In this document: one piece after another, positions 8,677 to 17,994 of the stretch
Numbering within the stretch: position 1 is the first letter of the stretch
How the letters are laid out: the number at the start of each line of letters is the position of its first letter
Origin: Candidatus Omnitrophota bacterium
GTDB lineage: Bacteria; Omnitrophota; Gorgyraeia; Pluralincolimonadales; Pluralincolimonadaceae
Length of the DNA: 64,000 bases
Direction: 5' to 3'
Assembly (NCBI GenBank): GCA_028716565.1
Contig: JAQUPL010000003.1
Coordinates: 1,473 to 65,472 of the forward strand
The notes under the pieces: model-generated
Told to the model about the DNA's origin: nothing
Databases searched by the model: none
Seen by the model: only the letters and a program-made list of their open reading frames with translations
Position numbers and translations under genes: made by a program

Positions 8677-9762
8677 ATGGCGATAAGAGAACGCGACGGT
8701 AAATACTTTATAGACTATTACGCCAATGGACACAGGGTTCGCGAGGCCATAAGCGGCAGCAGGGCTCTTGCCGAAAAAGTCTTACGCAAGAGACAGAGCG
8801 CGATTGATGAGAACAGATACTTGGATATCAAGCGCAGCGAAAAGATCAGATTTGAGGATTTCCTCGAAGACTACCTTGAGCACCATTCGAAGCTAAATAA
8901 CCGCTCCTGGAAACGCGCCGAGATACCAAACATGAAGCGCCTTAAGGCGTACTTTTCAGGGCGCCTTTTGCAGGAAATCACCCCTCTCGATGTCGAGAAG
9001 TTTAAGGCCAAAACTTTAACCGAGGTCAGCCCCGCCACAACCAATCGTTGCCTCGCGCTTCTTAAGTCCATGTTTAATAAGGCGACCATCTGGGGAAAGC
9101 TTAACGGCCCGAACCCGGTTAAGGGGATAAAGCTATTCAGAGAAGAGAGCCGGCTTCGTTTTCTTGAGAAAGAAGAGATCGCCACGCTCCTTAAGTATTG
9201 CAACGGATACTTATATCCAGTCGTTACCGTTGCTTTGCATACCGGAATGCGAAAGTCAGAGATCCTAAACCTTAAATGGCATGATGTCGATTTTAGCCGC
9301 GATAACATATATTTAAGCCAGACTAAGAACGGGGAGAAAAGAGAGGTTTCCATGAACTCCCTGGTGAGGTCAACGCTTATCAAAGTAAGGAAGCATCCGA
9401 GCAGCCCTTATATTTTTGTAAACGCAAAGGGAAAACCCTATACTGATATACGAAAATCATTCCACGCAGCCCTGCATAAGGCCGGCATAAGAGACTTTAG
9501 GTTCCACGACCTAAGGCATACCTTTGCCTCGCAATTGGCGATGGCAGGGGTGGACCTGAACTCCATCAGGGAGCTTATGGGGCATAAGTCAATCAAGATG
9601 ACGCTACGCTACAGCCACCTATCGTCCGGCCATAAAAAACGAGCCGTTGAGGCATTAAACAACCAGATAGGCACGATTTGGGCACAAGAGCCGGTTAACA
9701 AGACAGAGGAAACGGCCACACCGTCACAATTGTTGACAAATTCGGGGGTTATGGTAATATGA
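8677..9762 (+). CDS. int: Tyrosine site-specific integrase
   Basis: 361 aa. C-terminal catalytic box HDLRHTFASQLAMAGVDLNSIRELMGHKSIKMTLRYSHL (R...HxxR...Y). Confidence 0.9.
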   Translation: MAIRERDGKYFIDYYANGHRVREAISGSRALAEKVLRKRQSAIDENRYLDIKRSEKIRFEDFLEDYLEHHSKLNNRSWKRAEIPNMKRLKAYFSGRLLQEITPLDVEKFKAKTLTEVSPATTNRCLALLKSMFNKATIWGKLNGPNPVKGIKLFREESRLRFLEKEEIATLLKYCNGYLYPVVTVALHTGMRKSEILNLKWHDVDFSRDNIYLSQTKNGEKREVSMNSLVRSTLIKVRKHPSSPYIFVNAKGKPYTDIRKSFHAALHKAGIRDFRFHDLRHTFASQLAMAGVDLNSIRELMGHKSIKMTLRYSHLSSGHKKRAVEALNNQIGTIWAQEPVNKTEETATPSQLLTNSGVMVI

Positions 9763-9785
9763 AAATGGCGGACGACGAAAGCACG

Positions 9786-9835
9786 TCAGATTGTCGATCT
9801 GAAGACCGCGAGTTCAAATCTCGTCGGGCCCGCCA
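9786..9835 (+). other. attR: 3' half of tRNA-Asp(GUC), from anticodon arm to CCA, with no 5' half
   Basis: Anticodon arm TCAGA-ttGTCga-TCTGA, T-arm GCGAG-TTCAAAT-CTCGT, acceptor 3' strand CGGGCCC, discriminator G, CCA. The matching 5' strand GGGCCCG is absent upstream. Lies 24 bp after the int stop. Confidence 0.55.
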
Positions 9836-9891
9836 TGTTTTACCAGAAGGTCTTGAAAATGGATAAAATACACAAATAGGAATCAAACCAA

Positions 9892-9917
9892 GGCGTTAGG
9901 AAACTAACGCCTTTTTT
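9892..9917 (+). terminator. Intrinsic terminator (GGCGTTAG-gaaa-CTAACGCC then T6)
   Basis: Perfect 8-bp stem and U-tract just after the tRNA fragment. Consistent with the native tRNA-Asp terminator retained to the right of attR. Confidence 0.6.
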
Positions 9918-9971
9918 GTTTGAAAGGAAACCAAGGTGAAAACATTTCCGGGGCTAGAATAAGGAGGGGAA

Positions 9972-10679
9972 ATGGAATATGTAATAATTTTAATTACGTT
10001 AATACTAGCAATTGTCGGAATTTGGTTTAAAAATGAATCTTCTGGGAATGTAAACTTTATAATTATTTTATTACTCGTCACGTCTACTCTGTTGAGTATT
10101 TATCTTAAGTATTCAGATACCAAAAAGTATATTTATCAAAAAGATAGCGGCAGATTAACGTTTCGGATAAGGAATAATATATCTTATCCAACGTTTTCCA
10201 TAGGTTCGGCAAAACTTGTTAAAACTGGTAATGATTTCGTGCTTTTTAATATATTAGGGGACGATTTGGATGTAAAAATAGAAAAATCATACCTTTTCTG
10301 GAAATTATTTCCTCGTAGTCAGTATAAACTCAATCTTACGTTAAGAAACGAGAAAAACGAAATATTGGCAAAGGTTAAAGATAATGTTTGGCAAAGGAAT
10401 CCGATTTTAACGTTAGATAAAAATTTTACTAAAGATGCATTAGAGATTTTAGATAAAGAAGGGAATGTTATATTGCGCGTTAGAATTTTGGGTGATGTTT
10501 TAGATTTTTCAGGTAGGTTTTATAGCGATACAGGTGACGGTATCGCGTTATGTGAAAGCGTAGAGCCGAAGGGAGGGCTTATGGAAATAAAGCATAATGG
10601 CGAAAAGCTAGAAGCGAGAATTAAACCTATTTTCAAATACCCCTCTGCGGAGTATCCGGGAGTCTTAGAAAAGCATTAA
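9972..10679 (+). CDS. Hypothetical membrane-anchored protein (2 N-terminal TM helices), low GC
   Basis: 235 aa. RBS AGGAGGGG. Lies outside attR but still about 33% GC. Confidence 0.5.
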   Translation: MEYVIILITLILAIVGIWFKNESSGNVNFIIILLLVTSTLLSIYLKYSDTKKYIYQKDSGRLTFRIRNNISYPTFSIGSAKLVKTGNDFVLFNILGDDLDVKIEKSYLFWKLFPRSQYKLNLTLRNEKNEILAKVKDNVWQRNPILTLDKNFTKDALEILDKEGNVILRVRILGDVLDFSGRFYSDTGDGIALCESVEPKGGLMEIKHNGEKLEARIKPIFKYPSAEYPGVLEKH

Positions 10680-10760
10680 AATAGCATATATCGAAAATAG
10701 AAATTAGAGTGAAATATACGCAATTAGTGACGGACCAAAAGAGAAAATATAATATAAAAT

Positions 10761-11027
10761 ATGGATCACGTAACTCTTCTCGGCCTCCTCGCCGCCGCAT
10801 GCACGACGATCGCGTTCTTCCCGCAGGCGTATAAGGTCTACAAGACACAGCATACGCGAGACCTGTCGATGCCGATGTATGTCCTCTTTTCTATAGGCAT
10901 ACTGTTGTGGCTTATTTATGGTATTATGATAAATAATCTGCCGATAATATTTGCCAATGCAGTGACTATAGTTTCGTGCGTATATATCCTGGCGATGATG
11001 GCCAAAAACAGGGGGGGCAAGGCGTGA
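10761..11027 (+). CDS. SemiSWEET (PQ-loop) sugar transporter
   Basis: 88 aa with 3 TM helices and the PQ motif FFPQAYKVYKT. Confidence 0.65.
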   Translation: MDHVTLLGLLAAACTTIAFFPQAYKVYKTQHTRDLSMPMYVLFSIGILLWLIYGIMINNLPIIFANAVTIVSCVYILAMMAKNRGGKA

Positions 11028-11746
11028 AACGCTTCGCGATAGCGGTAGTCCTGCTTTACGGCGTTATCTTATTCGTCCTGACCGTGCCGGTCTTCCTCGC
11101 GGCTTTTTATCCCGAGCTTACCTATGATAATGCGATAGAGGTAATTGCATCCTTGAGGTATTGGGTGTTGTTCGCGGTAATGCTCATCTGCCAGGCGGCG
11201 TTATTGGGCATACCCATCGAGACGGGGAGCAATCGCCCTATAAGGAAACGCTCAATAATCTATTCCGTCATCGCGATAAGTTTTGTAATGACCGGGCTGG
11301 CCGTCGGCATTTTTGCCGCCATCACCGAAACCGTGATAAAAGGCCCGGAGGGGTACTCCTGGCTTATCCTCGGCTTAAACTTTTCCGAGGCCAAAGAGTG
11401 GCTGGCCAAACCGCCGGTCCAGATATATATAATCTCGTTTATCGCCGTATGGTTTCTCTGGGGCGCGGTCTTTTACAGGTGGAGCAAGAAATACGATCCC
11501 AGGAATTTCGTGGAACGGAAATGCAGGCTTATGTTCAAGGGGAGCGTCCTCGAACTGCTCGTCGCGGTCCCGACGCACATCATCGCCAGGAGCAGGGATT
11601 ATTGCTGCGCCGGATTTTCGACTTTCATAGGGATAGCGCTGGGGATCTCGGTAATGCTCCTTTCCTTCGGCCCGGGCGTCTACTTCCTGTTCCTCGACAG
11701 GTGGAAGAAACTGCACCCTCAGGTGCATCCCCAAGGGGAGAAATAA
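11024..11746 (+). CDS. Hypothetical polytopic membrane protein
   Basis: GTG start overlaps the SemiSWEET stop (GTGA). The first in-frame ATG is far downstream. Several TM helices. Confidence 0.45.
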   Translation: MKRFAIAVVLLYGVILFVLTVPVFLAAFYPELTYDNAIEVIASLRYWVLFAVMLICQAALLGIPIETGSNRPIRKRSIIYSVIAISFVMTGLAVGIFAAITETVIKGPEGYSWLILGLNFSEAKEWLAKPPVQIYIISFIAVWFLWGAVFYRWSKKYDPRNFVERKCRLMFKGSVLELLVAVPTHIIARSRDYCCAGFSTFIGIALGISVMLLSFGPGVYFLFLDRWKKLHPQVHPQGEK

Positions 11747-11755
11747 ATAAGCGAT

Positions 11756-12124
11756 ATGGACGCTAGATCCTTCGAGGCCCTTGTCGTCGCGGCCGTCGAG
11801 AGCCTGCCCGAAGAAATAAAACAGAAACTCGAGAATGTCGGCGTCGTCATCGAGGATGAGCCAACTGCGGAGCACAAAAAGGCCGGTGGTTCAAACGAAG
11901 ACGGTTACCTGATGGGGCTCTACCAGGGAGTGCCGCTCTCCAAACGGATGCATTATTACGGCAATGTCCTTCCCGACAAGATAACGATATTCAAAAATAA
12001 CATCGAGCGCGTCTGCCGCACGGATGACGACATAAAAGAGGCGGTCAGGCGCACGGTGATCCACGAGTTCGCGCATCATTTCGGCATCTCGGACGAGCAT
12101 ATGAAGAATTCCGGCACTTATTGA
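11756..12124 (+). CDS. Minimal zincin-like metallopeptidase (HExxH)
   Basis: 122 aa with VIHEFAHHFGISDEH near the C-terminus. Confidence 0.55.
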   Translation: MDARSFEALVVAAVESLPEEIKQKLENVGVVIEDEPTAEHKKAGGSNEDGYLMGLYQGVPLSKRMHYYGNVLPDKITIFKNNIERVCRTDDDIKEAVRRTVIHEFAHHFGISDEHMKNSGTY

Positions 12125-12199
12125 TGGTAGCGCAGAAGCGCTGCCATTGACTATCTATTTCTATGGTGGTAAACTTCTTTTTATCCCGGAAGGAGAATA

Positions 12200-13438
12200 A
12201 TGAAAAAGAAGATATCGATATATGGTTTTATCCTTGCTTTTATTCTCACGTCCGCCGCCCAAGCCGCCGAGAGCGACAACTCCCTGGATATCATCCTGAA
12301 ACTCCAGGACAAAATAGACAGCGCCTTTATTAAAATGGATTCCGGCGCGGCTTTTGCCGCAAGGGAGATCCAGAAGACCGGCGCCTCGGGTAATGAGGGG
12401 CGGAAGATCATCGCCGACCTCGCCAGGTCGAGCCCTTACGCGGTTGATTGCTCGTACATCGACGCCAAGGGGATAATGGCCATAGTCGAGCCGGAAGAAT
12501 ATAAAAGCTGCGAAGGTTCGGATGTCAGCGGCCAGGAACAGGTAATTCGTATTCAAAGGACCCGCCGGCCGGTCATGAGCGACGCCTTTAAATGCGTCGA
12601 GGGTTTTTACGCGTCGGACATAGAGCAGCCGGTATTTTCGGCGAGGGGGGATTTCGCCGGGTCTGTCAGCCTGCTTTTCAAGCCGGAAGACCTGCTTTCG
12701 GCTGTGATAAAGTCGGTGACGAATGACCCGTCCCTGTATATATGGGTGATGCAGAAGGACGGGCGCATTCTTTATGATCCGGACCCGGATCAGATAGGGA
12801 GGATGTTATTCAGCGATCCTCTTTATGAGCCGTTCCCGGATACGGTAGCGTTCGGCAGGAAGATCGCCGCGGACAGGACAGGTTCGGGCTCGTACAATTT
12901 TTACGACCTGGGGACCACTAAACCCGTAAAAAAGAATGCAGTCTGGACTACCATTGCCCTGCACGGCACCGAGTGGCGGCTGGTCGTGGCGACGAAAGAG
13001 TTCTCGGCGAACGATAAACAGGATGCGGTCATAAAGAACGCCACGCAGCAGGCGGTCAGCATGCTCCAGGCCGTATATGACAGGGCGCAGAAGGATAACA
13101 TGACGCTTGACCAGGCGAAAGAGGCGGGCGCCAACCTGTTGAGGTCCCTGCGCTACGGCGACGACGGCAAGGGATATTTCTGGGCGGATACTGTCGCGGG
13201 CGTAAACGTCGTCCTCTACGGTGACAAGAAAGTGGAGGGCAAGAACCGCCTTGACGCGAACATAAACGGCGTTAATTATATCCGGGAGATAATTACCCGC
13301 GGCAAACAGCCGGGCGGCGGTTATACCGATTACTGGTTCCCGAAGCCGGGCTCGTCCGAACCTTCGAAGAAGAGGGGATACAGCCTTCTCTTCAGGCCTT
13401 TCGGGTGGGTCGTCGGCACGGGCTATTATCCGGACTGA
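12200..13438 (+). CDS. Periplasmic Cache-domain protein (C-terminal sCache_2), no transmitter domain
   Basis: Signal peptide. GYFWADTVAGVNVVLYGDKKVEGKNRLD...YTDYWFPKPGSSEPSKKRGYSLLFRPFGWVVGTGYYPD matches the sCache_2 consensus. Confidence 0.55.
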   Translation: MKKKISIYGFILAFILTSAAQAAESDNSLDIILKLQDKIDSAFIKMDSGAAFAAREIQKTGASGNEGRKIIADLARSSPYAVDCSYIDAKGIMAIVEPEEYKSCEGSDVSGQEQVIRIQRTRRPVMSDAFKCVEGFYASDIEQPVFSARGDFAGSVSLLFKPEDLLSAVIKSVTNDPSLYIWVMQKDGRILYDPDPDQIGRMLFSDPLYEPFPDTVAFGRKIAADRTGSGSYNFYDLGTTKPVKKNAVWTTIALHGTEWRLVVATKEFSANDKQDAVIKNATQQAVSMLQAVYDRAQKDNMTLDQAKEAGANLLRSLRYGDDGKGYFWADTVAGVNVVLYGDKKVEGKNRLDANINGVNYIREIITRGKQPGGGYTDYWFPKPGSSEPSKKRGYSLLFRPFGWVVGTGYYPD

Positions 13439-13442
13439 GACC

Positions 13443-13808
13443 ATGAAAAAATACATTTATCTTTTGGCTTTGGCGATAGTTTTAGCGCCGTTCACGGCCG
13501 CCGCCGGCGGCATAGGGACACTCATGCAGGTCGGGAAGAGCATGGACGATATACAGCGCGATTATGACAAAGAGACCGCTGTTTACGGCCGGGTAAAAGA
13601 AGCTGTCGCCAAAGGCGCGATAAAGAAGGGCGTGAAGCAGGCCGCGGTCTTGAAATACGGAGAGCCGGTGGCTATCGTGACCGAGACGGCGAGCAAGAGG
13701 CAGATATGGGTCTACAGGCCCGGCACGACAGACCTCTTGAATAAGCCGAAAATACGCCTCTTCTTCGACGATAGCGGCGCGCTCGACCAGATAACCGTCA
13801 TAGAATAG
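13443..13808 (+). CDS. Small secreted hypothetical protein
   Basis: Signal peptide. 121 aa. Confidence 0.45.
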   Translation: MKKYIYLLALAIVLAPFTAAAGGIGTLMQVGKSMDDIQRDYDKETAVYGRVKEAVAKGAIKKGVKQAAVLKYGEPVAIVTETASKRQIWVYRPGTTDLLNKPKIRLFFDDSGALDQITVIE

Positions 13809-13819
13809 GGGAAGAGGGA

Positions 13820-14173
13820 ATGACAAAGATAATCATTACGCTTTTGATAGCGGTCCTGGGGACCGTCGCAGCCGCGCCCTGCTATTGCCAGCAGGAGCAG
13901 GGAGAGCTTCGCAAAGTCAAGGCCGTCGACGGGACGATCTTCGACCTGGACTGGGCCGGGTCAAAGATGGTCGTAAAATGGCTGGACGGTCAGGATAACA
14001 GCTACCGCGAGCTGGTCCTTGCCGTGCCCGATAATGCGGTCATAAGGAAGGGCGCGGAAGAGATAGATTTTTCAGAGCTGCAGATAGATGACGCCGTCAC
14101 CGTCAGGTATTACGAGAATCCCGACGGGACAGGCACGCTCATAAGCCTCGAAGACACCACACCGTCACCGTAA
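13820..14173 (+). CDS. Small secreted hypothetical protein
   Basis: Signal peptide. 117 aa. Confidence 0.45.
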   Translation: MTKIIITLLIAVLGTVAAAPCYCQQEQGELRKVKAVDGTIFDLDWAGSKMVVKWLDGQDNSYRELVLAVPDNAVIRKGAEEIDFSELQIDDAVTVRYYENPDGTGTLISLEDTTPSP

Positions 14174-14186
14174 AAGTGGAGGCCAA

Positions 14187-14591
14187 ATGTTAAACGTTAA
14201 AAGGGGTTCCGCCCTCATATTGATCGCCGCGTTCCTCCTCTCCGGGTGCGCAGTAGACCGTTCCATGGAATCGAAGAAATTAATCGAGAAGGACAACGGC
14301 AAGCTGGTCGAGCTCACGACAGGGAACACCCTCATAATCGAGCTTCCCGGGAACCCGACAACGGGTTATATGTGGGAGATCGTGTCGGTAAATACTTCCG
14401 TGCTTAAACAGGTCGAGAGCGCCACGAAATTCAAGGCCGATACGAAACTGACAGGCTCTCCGGGAAAGGTCACGCTGCGCTTTAAGGCGGCAGGACCGGG
14501 GAAGACAATGCTCAAGCTTGTCTGTCACCGGTCGTGGGAGAAGAAGATCGCGCCGTTAAAGACCTTTCAGGTTGACGTCGTGGTCAACTGA
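14187..14591 (+). CDS. Chagasin-family (I42) peptidase-inhibitor-like lipoprotein
   Basis: Lipobox LSGC. Chagasin motif ELPGNPTTGYMWEIV. Confidence 0.55.
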   Translation: MLNVKRGSALILIAAFLLSGCAVDRSMESKKLIEKDNGKLVELTTGNTLIIELPGNPTTGYMWEIVSVNTSVLKQVESATKFKADTKLTGSPGKVTLRFKAAGPGKTMLKLVCHRSWEKKIAPLKTFQVDVVVN

Positions 14592-14618
14592 CGTTTGCGA
14601 TAAAATAGATTTTGACGC

Positions 14619-15038
14619 ATGGCCGATTATAACGTAAATTTATCGAAGGAACACGCCCTTAAAGAGAAGATGGGGCGGCTCGGGGTGCGCGAGAGCGACA
14701 TCGTCGAGTCGTTCATCCGTTCGAGCGGTCCGGGCGGGCAGAATGTCAATAAGGTCTCGACCGCCGTCTATCTCAAGCATATACCCACGGGCATAGAGGT
14801 CAAATGCGGGCAGGAGCGTTCCCAGGCGCTGAACCGTTTCCTCGCGCGCAGGATATTGGTAAATAAGATAGAAACCATGGCGCTTGGCAGGGCCTCCGAG
14901 GAGAGGAGGAAGATAGAAAAGATAAGGAGGCAGAAGCGCAAGAGGTCGAGGCGGGCGAAGGAGAAGATGCTCGCCGCGAAGAAGATACATTCGGAGAAGA
15001 AGGGTTTCCGCAGAAAACCGGAGGGAGACTATGAATAA
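14619..15038 (+). CDS. arfB: Peptidyl-tRNA hydrolase ArfB (alternative ribosome-rescue factor B)
   Basis: GGQ motif SGPGGQNVNKV. Basic C-terminal tail KIRRQKRKRSRRAKEK. About 139 aa. Confidence 0.8.
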   Translation: MADYNVNLSKEHALKEKMGRLGVRESDIVESFIRSSGPGGQNVNKVSTAVYLKHIPTGIEVKCGQERSQALNRFLARRILVNKIETMALGRASEERRKIEKIRRQKRKRSRRAKEKMLAAKKIHSEKKGFRRKPEGDYE

Positions 15039-16308
15039 AAAAGTTTTTTTCGTGTTGGCCTTTATCGCGGCATTCGCGCTCATATTGCCGCGGGCCGACG
15101 CGATAGCGTGGAAATATAACCTGCAGGACGCGCTGAAGGCCGCCAAGAGCCAGGGCAAGCCGGTCATGATAGATTTTTATACGGACTGGTGCGGCTGGTG
15201 CAAGAAGCTCGACAGCGACACGTATTCCGACCCGAAGGTCAACGCAGCGTCCGCTAAATTCATCTGTGTCAAGATAAACGCCGATAAGGAAAAGGACCTG
15301 ACGAACAAATACGGCGTCTCGGGATTCCCGACGATAATCTTCCTGGACAGCAACGGCAAAGTCCTCCAGAAGATACCCGGGTTCCTCCCCCCTGCCGGGT
15401 TCCTGCAGAACATGAAGAAGATACTTTCGACGACGCCGAAACCTATGGCAAAAATTGACGAGAAACCTCCCGTTGAAGCGGGAGGTTTCGCCGTCATAGA
15501 CGACCGGGCCGGAAAGAGGGACAAGGGCGGAAAACTCCTGCCGCCTAAGACGGTGGGCCAGGAATTCGTCTATAACGGCTATATAGAATCGGGCAAAGGC
15601 GGCATTATAGGCCAGATAAACTACAAGGGAGGCACCTATTTCGTAAAAAAAGGCGACATTTTCGCGCGATTCCAGGTGATCTCGATAGACAAAGGGAGCG
15701 TGGTCCTCGCGTCGGATAACGGCGAAATAACCCTTGAATCCAAAAAACCATACGGCAAGACAGGATTTATAAGCGATATCTCCAACGCGATAACCCAGCC
15801 CGTCGAGACGAGGTCGATGATAGACAGGGTCGAGATCGAGGAGTCTTTTCCGGCGCTAGCCTCAGGCAAAGCCAGGGCGATGATCTTATCCTTAACATTT
15901 GCCATCATACTTATTTTTTATATTTATTATGCCCTGTGCCTGCAGTTTATCGCCGCGAAGACAAAGACCCTGAACGGATGGATGGCGTGGGTGCCGGTCC
16001 TGAATATCTTCCTTGTCCTCAATATAGCATGGATAAAATACAGGTTCCTGGTCATCCCGGTCATTACGTTCTTCGCGTTTATCCTCATTTCGGCTTTCGT
16101 AGCGATGTTCAATCCTCTCGTCGGACTGGCATTTACCGCCGCCATAGTCCTTAACTCGCTCTATTTTGTCATCTTGATGGCGTATGTGTGGTATAAAGTC
16201 GCGATAGCGCGCGGGAAATCGCCGGGCCTGGCTGCGGTCCTGACGATCCTGATGTTCATCTCGCCGCTGAACCTGATCGCGCTGGGATACCTGGCTTTTT
16301 CAAAATAA
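15031..16308 (+). CDS. Thioredoxin-fold (CGWC) domain fused to a C-terminal polytopic membrane domain
   Basis: Signal peptide. DFYTDWCGWCKKLD. C-terminal 150 aa are hydrophobic helices. Confidence 0.55.
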   Translation: MNKKVFFVLAFIAAFALILPRADAIAWKYNLQDALKAAKSQGKPVMIDFYTDWCGWCKKLDSDTYSDPKVNAASAKFICVKINADKEKDLTNKYGVSGFPTIIFLDSNGKVLQKIPGFLPPAGFLQNMKKILSTTPKPMAKIDEKPPVEAGGFAVIDDRAGKRDKGGKLLPPKTVGQEFVYNGYIESGKGGIIGQINYKGGTYFVKKGDIFARFQVISIDKGSVVLASDNGEITLESKKPYGKTGFISDISNAITQPVETRSMIDRVEIEESFPALASGKARAMILSLTFAIILIFYIYYALCLQFIAAKTKTLNGWMAWVPVLNIFLVLNIAWIKYRFLVIPVITFFAFILISAFVAMFNPLVGLAFTAAIVLNSLYFVILMAYVWYKVAIARGKSPGLAAVLTILMFISPLNLIALGYLAFSK

Positions 16309-16331
16309 GCATTTTCGGAAAGAGATAAGCG

Positions 16332-17492
16332 ATGTTCTGGAAAAGGTTCTTTATAGTAATAGGCCTGCTGGTCATCCTGGCGTTCGTCGCCCAGTTGTTG
16401 GCCGCGCCGTATGTCAAAGGCCTGATAATCAAGGGCCTGAAGGAGTCGCTGGGAGTTGACGCGACCATAGGCGATTGCGCGGTGAGCGTCCTTCAAAGGA
16501 AGGTGATCCTTGACGATGTAACGGTCCTTAACCCGGAGAAGAAGGACGATTACATCCTGAAGGCGAAAGAGATAAGCGTGGATTTTTATCTCCTGCCGAG
16601 CCTGTTCAATAAATATATCCTGAATAACATAGTGCTAACGAACCCGGAGGCGATACTTTACCTCGATGAGTCCGGCAAGCTGAAAGTCCCGCAGTTCAAA
16701 AAGAAAGACGGCGCGAAGAAGGGCGGCGAGCTGCTGTTCAAGAGATTCGCAGTCGAGAACGGGAATTTCAAGTTCATAGACCAGAAAGTCTCTAAGCCGG
16801 CCACGATAACCGGGTTCTCTTCGATAAACTGCGAGATCGTGAATTCCGTATCCTTGTCCGGCAGGACGATAATAACGGGCGTGAACGCGAAAGGCAATAT
16901 AGAAGGCCAGGGGAAGTTCTCGGTCGACGGAAAAGGTAAATTTATCGAAAAGCCGATGAGTTTCGACGGCAATATAAAGATAGAGAACCTCCCGATAACG
17001 AAGTTCTCGGTCTATTGGGGCGGCCTCCTGCCGGTCAAGGTCAACAAGGGGAACCTCTTCCTTGATACCAAGGCGGCATGCGACAAGGGGAACCTCGATG
17101 TCAAAAACCGGGTCAGTATCAAGGACCTCGTACTCGAGCCTATAGGCGATCCGAACCAGACGGTCCTCTTCGAGCTCAAGACCGAGGACGTGATAACTTT
17201 CCTGAAGGACGAAAACAATACCGTAAACTTCAGCTTCGATATAAGCGGCGACCTGGCCAAGCCCGACTTTAAATGGGGCGCGGAGATGGGCAAGGCCCTG
17301 CGTAATGCCATGCTCAAGGCCTTTACCGACGGCGTCGGGCGTTTATTTATATCCACGATCAAGGATGCGGTCGAGAACCCTGCGAAGGCCGGGGAGAAGA
17401 TCGGGAACATGATAGGCGGCGATACGGGCGAGACGGTCAAGAAAATAGGCGACAAGATCAACAAACAGCTCGACAAGATAATGGGAAAATAG
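16332..17492 (+). CDS. Hypothetical N-terminally anchored protein (AsmA/DUF748-like)
   Basis: 386 aa. One N-terminal TM helix. Loose resemblance only. Confidence 0.4.
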   Translation: MFWKRFFIVIGLLVILAFVAQLLAAPYVKGLIIKGLKESLGVDATIGDCAVSVLQRKVILDDVTVLNPEKKDDYILKAKEISVDFYLLPSLFNKYILNNIVLTNPEAILYLDESGKLKVPQFKKKDGAKKGGELLFKRFAVENGNFKFIDQKVSKPATITGFSSINCEIVNSVSLSGRTIITGVNAKGNIEGQGKFSVDGKGKFIEKPMSFDGNIKIENLPITKFSVYWGGLLPVKVNKGNLFLDTKAACDKGNLDVKNRVSIKDLVLEPIGDPNQTVLFELKTEDVITFLKDENNTVNFSFDISGDLAKPDFKWGAEMGKALRNAMLKAFTDGVGRLFISTIKDAVENPAKAGEKIGNMIGGDTGETVKKIGDKINKQLDKIMGK

Positions 17493-17494
17493 GG

Positions 17495-17523
17495 TTGACT
17501 TGCCCTTTTTAAAATTATATAAT
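17495..17523 (+). promoter_or_regulatory. Consensus sigma70-type promoter for tRNA-Phe
   Basis: TTGACT, 17-nt spacer, TATAAT. About 30 nt upstream of tRNA-Phe. Confidence 0.55.
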
Positions 17524-17555
17524 ATCGAAACCTTCTCGTTAAATCCGTAACCTAT

Positions 17556-17631
17556 GCCGAGGTAGCTCAGATGGTAGAGCGCGGGACTGAAAATCCCGGC
17601 GTGAGCGGTTCAATTCCGCTCCTCGGCACCA
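17556..17631 (+). tRNA. tRNA-Phe (GAA)
   Basis: Cloverleaf read by eye. Anticodon loop CTGAAAA. CCA encoded. Confidence 0.85.
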
Positions 17632-17663
17632 TTTCACGATATAAATAAAAGGAGGAAGCAGTC

Positions 17664-17942
17664 ATGGCAGTAAAAAAGGCCGGGACAAAGAAAGTCACGT
17701 TTAAGCTCATCGCCCCTTATGCCAGCAGTGTCAGCGTTGCGGGAGATTTCAATAATTGGGATGTCAACGCCATCCCGATGAAGAAGGATTGGAAGGACGA
17801 CTGGACAGCCGGAACGACCCTGAAGCCGGGACGTTACGAATACAAATTCTACGTCGACGGTTCATGGCAGAACGACCCGAGCTGCGACACCTGCGTCCCC
17901 AACCAGTACGGCAGCACGAATTGCGTGATCGAGGTAAAGTAA
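17664..17942 (+). CDS. CBM48/AMPK-beta-like glycogen-binding domain protein
   Basis: 92 aa. VTFKLIAPYASSVSVAGDFNNWD...KPGRYEYKFYVDGSWQNDP. Confidence 0.55.
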   Translation: MAVKKAGTKKVTFKLIAPYASSVSVAGDFNNWDVNAIPMKKDWKDDWTAGTTLKPGRYEYKFYVDGSWQNDPSCDTCVPNQYGSTNCVIEVK

Positions 17943-17994
17943 TACACAAGGTTTTAGTTTTTGTAGTTTCTCTTCCTCCTGGGAAGGGGGCTCT

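Larger units (their letters stand above)
1..9835 (+). mobile_element. Integrative element (partial; left end outside window) carrying Type III R-M, unknown cargo, RepA_N-like initiator, xis and int; right end is a tRNA-Asp-derived attR
   Basis: GC about 35% against about 60% for flanking DNA. Tyrosine recombinase and excisionase sit next to a 3'-half copy of tRNA-Asp. An iteron-like repeat block and a RepA_N-like gene are present. Confidence 0.6.

Noticed and set aside
9761-9835. Region after int considered as a complete tRNA or tmRNA gene
   Set aside because: Only the anticodon arm, T-arm and acceptor 3' strand fold. No complementary 5' acceptor strand or D-arm is present upstream.
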